From Promethearchaeati archaeon (GTDB lineage: Archaea; Asgardarchaeota; Heimdallarchaeia; Heimdallarchaeales; Heimdallarchaeaceae): 60,701 bases of DNA. Within the stretch, counting starts at the first letter, position 1. Each line of letters starts with the position of its first letter. The stretch is taken from positions 1 to 60,701 of the forward strand of contig JABLTJ010000018.1 of the NCBI GenBank assembly GCA_013166775.1. The letters are read 5' to 3'. The translations under genes and the position numbers were made by a program. Below, one piece after another: positions 1-9,688 of the stretch. Under the pieces are notes generated by a model. It made no database searches, was not told the origin of the DNA, and saw nothing but the letters and a program-made list of their open reading frames with translations.

Positions 1-1
1 G

Positions 2-67
2 TCTTTGGTTGTGGGCCTTAACTTCCTGGCGGATGGGCTGCGCGAGGAGATGAACCGTTATCAGTAG
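2..67 (+). CDS. Partial: C-terminus of a DppC/OppC-type ABC permease (possibly foreign/chimeric)
   Basis: Frame 2 reads SLVVGLNFLADGLREEMNRYQ*, matching the N(F/L)LxDGLR(D/E) end of DppC; 34/60 GC in the first line. Confidence 0.6.
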   Translation, partial: SLVVGLNFLADGLREEMNRYQ

Positions 68-136
68 TCACATAAGCTTTTTTTTGAAGAATATGAATAA
101 TTAGTAATCTTTATTTAATTCATTCAGACTTTTGAG

Positions 137-946
137 ATGAGTAATATGAAAATTGTTGTATTCATTCAGCAAATAGTTAGTACTCAAGTAAAACTCCAAG
201 GCATCGATTATTTTGATACTTCAAGAGTAACTGAAGATGATCTTGTAATCAATCCTTCTGGTAAAAATGCTATAGAAGGAGCATTAAAACTGAAAGATGG
301 ACATGGAGCTGAAGTTACTGCTGTTTGTGTTAGAGGATTGAAACCTGAGAAAGCTTTGCGAGAAGCGATAGCTATGGGATGTGACAAAGCAATTGGTGTC
401 AAAGATGATTCATTCTATACTGATGATCCTCTACTTCTCGCTGAGATTTATGTTAAAATTTTGGAGAAAATAGGAGAATATGATCTTATTTTCTTAGGAG
501 TTGAAGAGCAGTCTACTAGCTCATATGCTGTAGCTGCAATGTTAGCTGAAAAACTGGACATGCCAAGTGTTCTTTATGCAGAGGAAATTGAAGTAAAAGA
601 TGATATCTTGAGAGTAGGTCATGTTTTGGAAGGTGGTAGAAAGATTGTTGATATGCCAAAGAAAGGTCTTATCAGCTGCAGTGATAGTCAATATTTCACA
701 CCTAGATATACTTCGATGAGAGGTATTCTGACAGCTAAAAGAGCCGAAATTCCAACATGGACTGCAACTGATCTTGGACTAGCTGCAAATATTGTTGGAA
801 AGGAAGCAGCATCACTGATACAAGTTTCTCTTTCTAATATCGTTATTGAAAAGGAATCATATATTATCAAAGAAGGAGAACCAGAGGAAATGGTAGACAA
901 ACTTCTTGCTAAAATGAAAGAAGACGAAGTAAAATTAGGAGTGTGA
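137..946 (+). CDS. etfB: Electron transfer flavoprotein beta subunit (FixA/EtfB)
   Basis: INP..NAIEGAL, LREAIAMGCD, PRYTSMRGI motifs; adjacent to etfA. Confidence 0.9.
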   Translation: MSNMKIVVFIQQIVSTQVKLQGIDYFDTSRVTEDDLVINPSGKNAIEGALKLKDGHGAEVTAVCVRGLKPEKALREAIAMGCDKAIGVKDDSFYTDDPLLLAEIYVKILEKIGEYDLIFLGVEEQSTSSYAVAAMLAEKLDMPSVLYAEEIEVKDDILRVGHVLEGGRKIVDMPKKGLISCSDSQYFTPRYTSMRGILTAKRAEIPTWTATDLGLAANIVGKEAASLIQVSLSNIVIEKESYIIKEGEPEEMVDKLLAKMKEDEVKLGV

Positions 947-950
947 TAAG

Positions 951-1913
951 ATGAAGAAAATATTAGTTTTTACCCAAATCCGAGAAGAAAAAGTAGAAGA
1001 AAATACTCTTAGTTTGTTAAACAAATTACAAGAAGTATTCAAAGATGTTGAAATCACTGCCGCACTCTTTGGTAAGCAAATAAAAGAAGACTGGATACAA
1101 GAACTTGGAAAGCATGGAGTAAAGAAAGTTTATGCTATCAATGCCCTTGAATTAGAAGTTTATTTGAGCCGACCCTATGTCAAAACTATGTTAGAAATAA
1201 TAAAAGAAACACAGCCAATGATGGTTATTGCTTCTGGTATGGTTTATGGTGAGGATCTCATCCCAAGACTTGCAGTTCATCATGGAGTTTCCTGTGCTCA
1301 ACGAGTTGTTGACTTCACCTTAGATGGGGAGGACATCTTATTTCACACCCCTGTTAGAGATGATCAGGCAATCATGATAACAAAATTAAAAGGTGAAATT
1401 AAATTCGCTACAACAAGAACAGGAGCCTTCTTTATTAACGAAAATCCAACAGGAGGTTCTCCTGAAATTGCATCGATTGATGTTTCTTTTGAACCTAAAG
1501 ATATGATTGTAAGTCATGTTGAAATTAAGAAAGCAGAAAGAACAGTCAATCTCAAAGATGCTAAAGTTATTGTTGCAGCAGGTAGAGGTGTTGGTGGAAA
1601 AGACAACTTCCAAATAATCCGTGAATTGGCTGAATTACTTGGTGGTGAGATAGGAGCAACAAGAGCTTGCACTGATGTCCACTGGATAGAAGAAACATAT
1701 GAGATAGGGCAAACAGGACAATCAGTTTCACCTGATCTGTATATTGGTGCAGGAATTAGTGGGGCTCCACAACATATGAGTGGAATCAAAGCTAAAACAA
1801 TAATTGCAATCAACACCGATGAAGGTGCACCCATTTTTAACTATGCGGACTACGGAATTGTAGGAGATATGCATTCAATCCTTCCAATTCTCAAGAAAAA
1901 ATTAGAAGGTTAA
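951..1913 (+). CDS. etfA: Electron transfer flavoprotein alpha subunit (FixB/EtfA)
   Basis: IVAAGRG, GATRA, IGQTG, GISGAPQH, IAINTD..APIF..ADYGIVGD FAD-binding motifs. Confidence 0.93.
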   Translation: MKKILVFTQIREEKVEENTLSLLNKLQEVFKDVEITAALFGKQIKEDWIQELGKHGVKKVYAINALELEVYLSRPYVKTMLEIIKETQPMMVIASGMVYGEDLIPRLAVHHGVSCAQRVVDFTLDGEDILFHTPVRDDQAIMITKLKGEIKFATTRTGAFFINENPTGGSPEIASIDVSFEPKDMIVSHVEIKKAERTVNLKDAKVIVAAGRGVGGKDNFQIIRELAELLGGEIGATRACTDVHWIEETYEIGQTGQSVSPDLYIGAGISGAPQHMSGIKAKTIIAINTDEGAPIFNYADYGIVGDMHSILPILKKKLEG

Positions 1914-1989
1914 TTTAAATCTTCTTTTTATTCTTCTTTTATTTCTGAAGAAAACAAGACTTAAATAAATCCTAAAGTAGGTGATGCTT

Positions 1990-2673
1990 GTGAAGAGGCT
2001 ATTCATAAATGAGAGAGTAAAGGAGATTGCCAATAATAGAACTCCAGTAAAAATCTTCGATACTGCGAAAATTATTTTACATATTATGCCAGAAAGTTCG
2101 ATAAATTCAGATATAAAACATGATATAGAAATTGTTACAAGAAATCCTGCTAGATTGGAACCTATTAAGTCGATTGGTGTAGAATCGAGTCATACTTATG
2201 ATGGATTTGTTACTTATACTTCTGATTTAACTGGTTTAGCAAGAACATATGTTCACCTTTACAAAAACGGTAGAATTGAAGCTGTTGAGTGTAGTTTATT
2301 AAAGCCCATAGTAGACCGTAAAGAGATACCAAGTGTTGATTTTGAGAAAGAAATAATCGAAGTCATTCCTAAATATGTTCAAATTCTGCAATTACTGAAC
2401 ATTAAACCTCCATTCTTCATGTTTTTATCTTTAGCAGGAGTAAAAGATTATACAATGAAACTGAACCAAAATATTCTTGGAGCAAATCCAGTTCCCATTG
2501 AAGAAGATGAGATTAAAACGGAGGAAATTTATGTGAAAGAATATTGGTGGTTTGATGATGTTCCTCGCTTGTTTAGACCAGCTTTTGATGAGATATGGAA
2601 TGCTTGTGGTATGTTCAAATCCTTTAATTTTGATGAAGATGGGAATTGGGGAAATGGTTTAAACATGAAATGA
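1990..2673 (+). CDS. Hypothetical protein resembling the C-terminal domain of Schlafen/AlbA_2-family proteins
   Basis: YVHLYKNGRIEAV, PPFFMFLSLAGVK, PAFDEIWNACG..SFNFDEDGNW; GTG start 5 nt after GGTGA. Confidence 0.55.
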   Translation: MKRLFINERVKEIANNRTPVKIFDTAKIILHIMPESSINSDIKHDIEIVTRNPARLEPIKSIGVESSHTYDGFVTYTSDLTGLARTYVHLYKNGRIEAVECSLLKPIVDRKEIPSVDFEKEIIEVIPKYVQILQLLNIKPPFFMFLSLAGVKDYTMKLNQNILGANPVPIEEDEIKTEEIYVKEYWWFDDVPRLFRPAFDEIWNACGMFKSFNFDEDGNWGNGLNMK

Positions 2674-2732
2674 GGCTTCCCTATAATTGTTAAGCATATA
2701 AATTTATAAACATCATTTAATCAAGAGATTTA

Positions 2733-4028
2733 ATGAGTTCTGATTACGATTTTGATGTTGCTATCATAGGAGCTGGACCTGCAGGTTTAGCAGCAGCTCT
2801 TACTCTAGCTAAAGCAGGAGTGGACACAGTAGTTTTGGAAAGAGGCCAACATCCTGGTGCAAAAAATGTTAGTGGGGCTGCATTGTATGGACCTGTCCTT
2901 AACAATCTTATTCCAAACTACTGGGAGGATCAAGAATCTTTTGAGAGATTTCTAACTACTAAAAAAATAACTATGCTCTCTGGTAATAAATGCATGACAA
3001 TTGATATTGATATTCAAGATTTCAAAGAACCACCATATAATGGAATTACTGTATTAAGACCAAAATTTGATAGATGGTTAGCTAAGAAAGCAGAAGAGGC
3101 GGGAGCAATGATTTTACCTGATTCTGTAGTAGATGATTTTGTATGGGATGACAAACAAATTTGTGGAGTAAAATCAGGAGAAGAAGAGCTAAGAACTAAA
3201 ATTGTTATTATAGCTGAAGGTTCAAATCATCTTCTAGTTGAGAAAGCTAATCTTGGACATGTACCTAAGTCTAGACATCATGCTGTAGGAATGAAAGAAA
3301 CATATGAACTGTCAGATGAACAGATGGAACAGAGATTTAGCTTAATTGGAAACGAAGGATGTAGCAATGAAATACTCGGATATACAAAAGGAATTCCAGG
3401 TGGAGGATTCTTCTATACAAACAAAAACACCTTATCTTTTGGTTTGATTCTCAATCTCAAATCACTTACAAAGAAAAAACTGAAAGCTCCGGAAGTTTTG
3501 GAGCATTTCAAAACTCACCCTTATGTTCAGAAACTTCTTCAAGATGCAGAGATGGTAGAATATTCAGCACACACAATACCTGAAGGAGGATTTAAGGATA
3601 TGTCCAAGCTTTATGGAAACGGTGTTCTAGTTGTTGGTGATGCTGCAGGATTGGTTCTGAATGCTGGTCTCTATATTGAAGGAATGAACTTTGCTCTAGA
3701 ATCTGGAAGATTAGCAGGGGAAGCAACTAAACTTATACTAGAAAGTGGAGATTTTTCATCCGAGAGCACTAAAATTTATCTGGACAATCTTAAGAAAAAT
3801 TTTGTTTATCAAGATATGAAAATTTTCAAGAGAGCAGCAAAGTTTCTTGAAAACGAAAGAATATTCACACAGTACCCTGATTTGATTACGAGTCTAATGG
3901 ATAAATTATTACGCAATTCTGGTAAACCAAGAAAGAGAATTGTTACAACTGCAATCAAACATCTTTTGAAAGAAGGAAAACTTCTGAAACTATTTAAGGA
4001 TGCAATAGGAGGATTGAGATCAATATGA
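2733..4028 (+). CDS. fixC: ETF:quinone oxidoreductase flavoprotein FixC
   Basis: GAGPAG, ERG..PGAKNVSG, RPKFDRWL, EYSAHTIPEGG, GDAAG..EGMN. Confidence 0.92.
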   Translation: MSSDYDFDVAIIGAGPAGLAAALTLAKAGVDTVVLERGQHPGAKNVSGAALYGPVLNNLIPNYWEDQESFERFLTTKKITMLSGNKCMTIDIDIQDFKEPPYNGITVLRPKFDRWLAKKAEEAGAMILPDSVVDDFVWDDKQICGVKSGEEELRTKIVIIAEGSNHLLVEKANLGHVPKSRHHAVGMKETYELSDEQMEQRFSLIGNEGCSNEILGYTKGIPGGGFFYTNKNTLSFGLILNLKSLTKKKLKAPEVLEHFKTHPYVQKLLQDAEMVEYSAHTIPEGGFKDMSKLYGNGVLVVGDAAGLVLNAGLYIEGMNFALESGRLAGEATKLILESGDFSSESTKIYLDNLKKNFVYQDMKIFKRAAKFLENERIFTQYPDLITSLMDKLLRNSGKPRKRIVTTAIKHLLKEGKLLKLFKDAIGGLRSI

Positions 4029-4336
4029 GCGAAACAAAAAAACAATTAACAATTGAGGAAAAACTTGCATTAACCAAATTCACAACAGATCAGAATTATG
4101 CACATATAACAATTAAACCTGAAGTATGTAAAGCTAAATGTAAAACATATGATTGTGTATATGGATGCCCAGCTGATTGTTATAAATTTGCAGAAGGGGA
4201 GGATATTGAAGGTCCTGTAATTTTCGATTACATTGCATGTCTTGAGTGTGGTACTTGTAGAATAGTCTGTCCTCATGATAATATTGAATGGCATTATCCC
4301 AAAGGTGGATTTGGAGTAGAGTACAAATTGAGTTAG
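4025..4336 (+). CDS. fixX: Ferredoxin-like FixX
   Basis: CPADCY, CLECGTCRIVC, WHYPKGGFGVEY; ATGA overlap with fixC. Confidence 0.92.
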   Translation: MSETKKQLTIEEKLALTKFTTDQNYAHITIKPEVCKAKCKTYDCVYGCPADCYKFAEGEDIEGPVIFDYIACLECGTCRIVCPHDNIEWHYPKGGFGVEYKLS

Positions 4337-4352
4337 TACAAAAAAATAGGAA

Positions 4353-4381
4353 AATCAGCATTATATATTCAATTGCTGATT
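4353..4381. terminator. Hairpin between convergent fixX and GNAT genes
   Basis: aatcagca-N13-tgctgatt inverted repeat. Confidence 0.35.
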
Positions 4382-4398
4382 CTAATTTAACTTTCGAA

Positions 4399-7300
4399 CT
4401 AAATGTTTCTTGACAATCCTTTTCTTACCTGATCAATAGCCTCTTCTGGTTGGTTTAATATTAAGATAAATTCGCTTGTTGATGACTGATATGGTTCTGT
4501 TTCCATGAATGCTACAAGGATATTAATCAACATAACTTGGCTGTCAAATATCGTACTGGAGCCATAATATCCTACAGGTGATAAGAAAGAAAGAGACACA
4601 TCATCTTTGGTTATTCTTACCCAAGGTTCATCGATATTAGTTTGATTTATGAATGGTTTCTGAATTCTATTTCTTATCCAATTTCCCTTTCCACCGGGTA
4701 CTTCTACTACATTACCTGCAGCCTCACCTTTAAGTGCAATATCAGCAATCATTGCTACTATCGTTGTAACTTTTCTAGGTGTTTCGTTGGTATTGTTAAA
4801 TTTAATTCGGATAAGATCTGATCCTGGCAATGTTAGATAGGATATTGAGTATTTCTGCCCTTTCAACCATTCAGATTTTTCATTAATCCAATAAGTTTTA
4901 ACTCCTTTCCAATCCCCATCTGAGATCTCTTCTGCATCAGTTGTTTCTAGTTCTGCAAAAGGATTACCTTCCACTGGATGAAATACTGCTGGTTGAATTC
5001 CTCCCAGATAATGATCTATAAAGAACTTGGGACCAATTTCTGGAAAACTATCCATCAGGAATACATTTCCTTCATTGTCCTTTAGGTGAATTAAATTCCC
5101 ACCAATTTTCTTTGGAACTTTGAAACTTAGTGCACCATTTTCAACAGCAAGAACATCATTTTCATCAATTTTCTCATTTTGAACATTAATAACTGAAGTA
5201 TCTTTGAGTAGAACAGGGATATCGAAATCGAGCTCAAATTCACCACTGAAATGTATTCTAATCATAGCACTTGATTTCGAAGTTTCTCTTGGTATTGTTA
5301 ATTCGATATCAATAGGTACTAAAGAATGTGGTACTAGTCGCGGCATCTGAATTGCAGGTTCTTTTCCATCTTTAGTTACAAATGAACCTTTCCAACCTTC
5401 TGGTATTAAGAATGTTAAGGTACCTGGTAAGGGATAAGGCGTTAATGAGAATAATTCGATTGTAGCGCTTATTGTTTCACCTTTAGTCAGGACATTTGTA
5501 TCTTTTAGATTTACAGTTATAGGAGGAGTTGTTTGAACACCATAAGTTAATTCCTCAAATCCCATTTCTTTTTGACCTATCAGCTGATTCCATCTAGTTC
5601 TAACATCTCTGATAGAATTGAAGGAGTGGGAATACCAAAAATGAACAACTTTTACTTTTTCTCCAGAATTTAGAGTTGTTTGATTACTATCCAATGTGTA
5701 GAGAAATCCTTTATTAATCTTAATTTTCTCTATATTAACAGGATTCCAGATTATTGCTGACACATTAGATTCACCAATTAATTCTCCTGCAGTCCAAGTT
5801 TCCTGCCAATCCTCTGGTTTATCTGAAACTAGTGTTTGGGTCATTACTGGAAAGGTTGGATCACATTTTACATATTTGTTATATACTGGAGTATAGACAT
5901 GAGCAAAATTACCGATTGGATTAACGTTGAGTCCTCCACCACTTGAAGTTGTAACTCTTCCACCTGCTGTAATTGTACCATTAGAAGCTATATTTTCTAA
6001 TTCAATCCAATGCTCAGCTTCTTTTACTCCTGGAGCTACACGCAGATATTTGTTTACCCTCAATCCTTGTACTTGAATACTGTCTCCCTTAAGAATCAGA
6101 GTTAATTCATTCCCATTTCGTTGAACCTCGTAATCGAATTTTAAAGTTCTGTCTAAATCCAAACCAAATGGAGGTCCTATCTCAAAAAGAGATCTTACTG
6201 AGAAATCTTCAATAAATCTTCTTCTGAAGTAAATGTTAGCACGTTCTAAATCAATCCTTATTCCCCAGAAATCAGTTATAAGGTAGATTCTTTCTTCATT
6301 TGGACTCATCACAACTTCAGCAACATTAGAAATACTTGCTACTAAAGGAATCTTTAATTCTGGCATCTGGAAATCGGTATCATTGATCTTTACGATTGGA
6401 GTTGCATTTAGGATAAAAACTGATTTTGTTGATTCCATTGGGATTTGTAATGGTATTTCAATACCTGTTATTTCATCAGGTTGGAGAGAATATTCTATCT
6501 CTTTTTCTTTTTCTGAAATCCCTTCAGCTTGATAGATAAGTTTACCTGATAGTGCCTTATTTGTATAGTTCTTTAAATCTAGATGAATCTTCTTTTCAAT
6601 ACCCAAAGGTGTATCGATATATTCTGAATCGGTCATTATATCAACTGCTGGATGTATTTTTCCTCCTGTTGAAAGCTTCAAATTATACGATCCAAACGAG
6701 AAAAGGGATTCAATTACTTCAGAAGATCTCTGAACACTATTATATTTTCTAGATGTATGATCTATGATGAAACTATTACTTACAGTTGTTGTCTTACCTT
6801 TTCCTATTCTAATTGTTGATGGAAATTCTCCTCCCCATTGTAATCCTTTAAAAGGAGTTACAGCCAGATTAATCTCTAAATCATCATCAGATTCATTTAT
6901 TATAGTAAAACTAAGTTTATTTTCTATTCCCATAAATATTTTATGAGATTGTAATCTACTCTTTATTGAAATCTTCTGTCCATCTAGTACTCTTTCTATA
7001 CCCGTAAATCCCCAACCATATCTATCTACCTCCAAAGAGAGATTATCTTCATCAACTTCGAAGTTATATTTGAATACCAGCATACCATCTACTTCTTCTT
7101 TATCAGGTGCTTGAGTTAAATCACGCTTAAAGCAACCATACCAATCAGGATGTTTGTCAAACCATTCATTTGCTAAAGGATTCTGTAAAACTCCAGGAAT
7201 GAAATCTTGCATATAAACACTGGTATCAGGAACCCAAAATAGTCCAACTTTCTTATAAAGAGGAACTGCTTCCATATTACCCGACCAAGTATGGAGATCA

Positions 7301-7653
7301 ACTCTAAAAATTCCTTTCTCTTTAGCAACTGCTAAAGCTTTCAAGAGTAATCTTTTTCCAAATTTCTTTCCAAGAACTTCAGGATGAACACCCAGTATGC
7401 TTATGTATGCAGCATTTTTATCTCGCCAATGCGGATAAAGTCCACAATATCCTACAGGTTTTTCCTCGACATTTAAAGCTATAAGATCAACAATAGCTGA
7501 GGTTTTGTCCAGCATATCATGAACACGTTGTTCATCAAAGGGTATTCCTCCAGTAAAACCTCCTGGCCATATCTCATTGAAGGCATTGAACATTTCAACA
7601 CACTTCTTAGCCATCGAGGAATCATAAACAGTAATTTTTCCACTTTCTGACAT
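4399..7653 (-). CDS. Large (~1084 aa) GNAT-family acetyltransferase with long beta-rich C-terminal region
   Basis: LGVHPEVLGKKFGKRLL acetyl-CoA motif, TWSGNMEAVPLYKKVG; start reassigned to MSESGK at 7653. Confidence 0.75.
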   Translation of the reverse strand: MSESGKITVYDSSMAKKCVEMFNAFNEIWPGGFTGGIPFDEQRVHDMLDKTSAIVDLIALNVEEKPVGYCGLYPHWRDKNAAYISILGVHPEVLGKKFGKRLLLKALAVAKEKGIFRVDLHTWSGNMEAVPLYKKVGLFWVPDTSVYMQDFIPGVLQNPLANEWFDKHPDWYGCFKRDLTQAPDKEEVDGMLVFKYNFEVDEDNLSLEVDRYGWGFTGIERVLDGQKISIKSRLQSHKIFMGIENKLSFTIINESDDDLEINLAVTPFKGLQWGGEFPSTIRIGKGKTTTVSNSFIIDHTSRKYNSVQRSSEVIESLFSFGSYNLKLSTGGKIHPAVDIMTDSEYIDTPLGIEKKIHLDLKNYTNKALSGKLIYQAEGISEKEKEIEYSLQPDEITGIEIPLQIPMESTKSVFILNATPIVKINDTDFQMPELKIPLVASISNVAEVVMSPNEERIYLITDFWGIRIDLERANIYFRRRFIEDFSVRSLFEIGPPFGLDLDRTLKFDYEVQRNGNELTLILKGDSIQVQGLRVNKYLRVAPGVKEAEHWIELENIASNGTITAGGRVTTSSGGGLNVNPIGNFAHVYTPVYNKYVKCDPTFPVMTQTLVSDKPEDWQETWTAGELIGESNVSAIIWNPVNIEKIKINKGFLYTLDSNQTTLNSGEKVKVVHFWYSHSFNSIRDVRTRWNQLIGQKEMGFEELTYGVQTTPPITVNLKDTNVLTKGETISATIELFSLTPYPLPGTLTFLIPEGWKGSFVTKDGKEPAIQMPRLVPHSLVPIDIELTIPRETSKSSAMIRIHFSGEFELDFDIPVLLKDTSVINVQNEKIDENDVLAVENGALSFKVPKKIGGNLIHLKDNEGNVFLMDSFPEIGPKFFIDHYLGGIQPAVFHPVEGNPFAELETTDAEEISDGDWKGVKTYWINEKSEWLKGQKYSISYLTLPGSDLIRIKFNNTNETPRKVTTIVAMIADIALKGEAAGNVVEVPGGKGNWIRNRIQKPFINQTNIDEPWVRITKDDVSLSFLSPVGYYGSSTIFDSQVMLINILVAFMETEPYQSSTSEFILILNQPEEAIDQVRKGLSRNI

Positions 7654-7840
7654 TTTATTTCTACTACGATAGTTGTCTAATATTACTAAGTGGTCACAGT
7701 TTTTAGATATGTTGAGCACAAATGACCACTTATTGATATTGATAAAAAATCTCATTTCACTGATGTATTTATATCTGTCCAAAACCAACTGGTTTAAACC
7801 TTATTAAGAATGGTTTAAGCTGGAATTCGATAAGATATAG

Positions 7841-8305
7841 TGGATTACAGGAAATCAGCTTATGTACATTAATCTTGATTCTTTAAGAGAATGTTCCCAA
7901 CTGCAGAGTCTCTATTTGGGAAGGAATAGATTTACTTCTCTTGAACTAGAATCTTTAAGAAAGTGTGAAAATCTCAATACATTAGACTTATCTATTAATC
8001 AGTTTACTTCTCTTGATCTTACACCATTGAGTAAATACTCATAGATGCAAATTCTCTGGTTATCTGACAATAAATTAACATCCATTGACCCTACACCATT
8101 CAGTAAGTGCAAGCAACTTGGAAGAATTGAGATAGATAAAAATCCGATTAAATTTCTTGATATTTCTCCAATTGCAATAAACTCATCGTTAAATGCATTT
8201 ACACATGAAAAGCAAATTACTACTCTTGTATGTTCGAAGAAATTAAAAGAAAATATACAGTCATCTGCGATAAAAAGGATTAAAGATGAGATAAAAACCA
8301 ATTAA
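7841..8305 (+). pseudogene. Decayed leucine-rich-repeat gene (24-aa LRRs)
   Basis: ORFs 7862-8044 and 8045-8305 share a frame and are split by TAG 8042-8044 in repeat register; more stops upstream (TAG 7838, TAA 7805). Confidence 0.75.
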
Positions 8306-8372
8306 TAAACAATTACGTTCATTATTTCCTTTTATACCGAAAAATAGCAGTTAGATTAAATGTCATCATGAT

Positions 8373-9614
8373 GTGGAAAAAGTGATAATTCAGTCTGTGA
8401 CAGCTAAATCATTAATTCGAACTAGTTCTCAGAGTCCAGCTCAAGTTCACTTTAATCCATATCAAGGTTGTTACCATGATTGTCGTTATTGTGATGGAAA
8501 ATCTGAAAGATATTATATGCATTATGACTTTACTAAGCGTGTAATCGTAAAAATCAATGCTCCTGAGCTATTAGAGAGATATCTCAAAAAGAAAGGATTC
8601 TTCCCTTATAACAGAGAATCTACTTCAACTATGATTGATTATGTTCCATCAATGAAAAACGGAGAATGTCTTAATCTTCCCCCTAAATTTCTGATTAGTA
8701 TGTTTGGGAACATTTGTGATGTTTACCAACCTGCTGAATCAAAATTTCAAATAACTCGAAAGCTTCTCAATGTTGCTTATGATTACGGTTTTCCTATACG
8801 ATTACTCACTAAAAGTAAACTAGTATTGAGAGATATAGATTTACTCAAAGATATTCAAAAAGACAGTTTCGCTCGAGTTGCATTTACTATCACACTTGCT
8901 GATGAAAAAACACAGAAAATATTCGAACCTCATGCAAGTTCAACACTGGAACGATTGGAAGCACTTAGAATATTGAGAAAAGAAGGAATTTCAGCAGGTG
9001 TTTATATTACTCCAGTAATTCCATTTATTGGAGATTCAGAAGAAAATCTCCATAGAATATTTCAAGGAGCAAAAGAAGCTGATGCTGAATTCATAATCAC
9101 AGGAGGATTAACTCTCAGACCAGGAAGAAATAAAAAAGAGTTTTTTGAAACATTAAAGAATTACAACCCGAGTATTCATTCACAATTCAAGAAATTATAT
9201 GGTAATAATCACAGGGGAGGTCAACCAGATCCCAAGGTAGCCAAAGAATACGATTTAATCGATATTATTAAAACAGGATATTTGTTAAGCAAGGAATATG
9301 GCATCACATTCTATGAACCAAGATACATTCCTCAAGGGCAAAAATGGAAAAATCTTCAGATTTCAACTGCTCTAGCAAGAATAGCTTTTCTCAAAGAACG
9401 AATAATGCATGAACAGGAAGGAATTGGAGAAATTCGAAAAGCAGCAGCTTATATCGAGAGAATGCATGATAACCTAGAACAGATGAATGAGAATGATTTG
9501 CATAATCTCCCCTTTAACCATCAGATTTTCGAAATTATCAAAGAGATTATTACTTCCAACTCATGTAAATATCTGGAATCTCGAAATGAATGGTCTAATT
9601 TGATTTACAATTGA
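8373..9614 (+). CDS. Radical SAM protein, spore-photoproduct-lyase-like (Rv2578c/SplB) family
   Basis: NPYQGCYHDCRYC, DVYQPAE, LLTKS..VLRDIDLL, FEP.ASS..ERL. Confidence 0.85.
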   Translation: MEKVIIQSVTAKSLIRTSSQSPAQVHFNPYQGCYHDCRYCDGKSERYYMHYDFTKRVIVKINAPELLERYLKKKGFFPYNRESTSTMIDYVPSMKNGECLNLPPKFLISMFGNICDVYQPAESKFQITRKLLNVAYDYGFPIRLLTKSKLVLRDIDLLKDIQKDSFARVAFTITLADEKTQKIFEPHASSTLERLEALRILRKEGISAGVYITPVIPFIGDSEENLHRIFQGAKEADAEFIITGGLTLRPGRNKKEFFETLKNYNPSIHSQFKKLYGNNHRGGQPDPKVAKEYDLIDIIKTGYLLSKEYGITFYEPRYIPQGQKWKNLQISTALARIAFLKERIMHEQEGIGEIRKAAAYIERMHDNLEQMNENDLHNLPFNHQIFEIIKEIITSNSCKYLESRNEWSNLIYN

Positions 9615-9688
9615 TAAATTTGTATGGTTTTTTATTACTATTTTTAAAAATAGGCGATAACTTTTAAAAAACGTCAGAGAATTATGTA

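Noticed and set aside
8042-8044. Pyrrolysine/amber readthrough in the LRR gene
   Set aside because: Further upstream stops including TAA, no good start, and TAG ends many normal genes here
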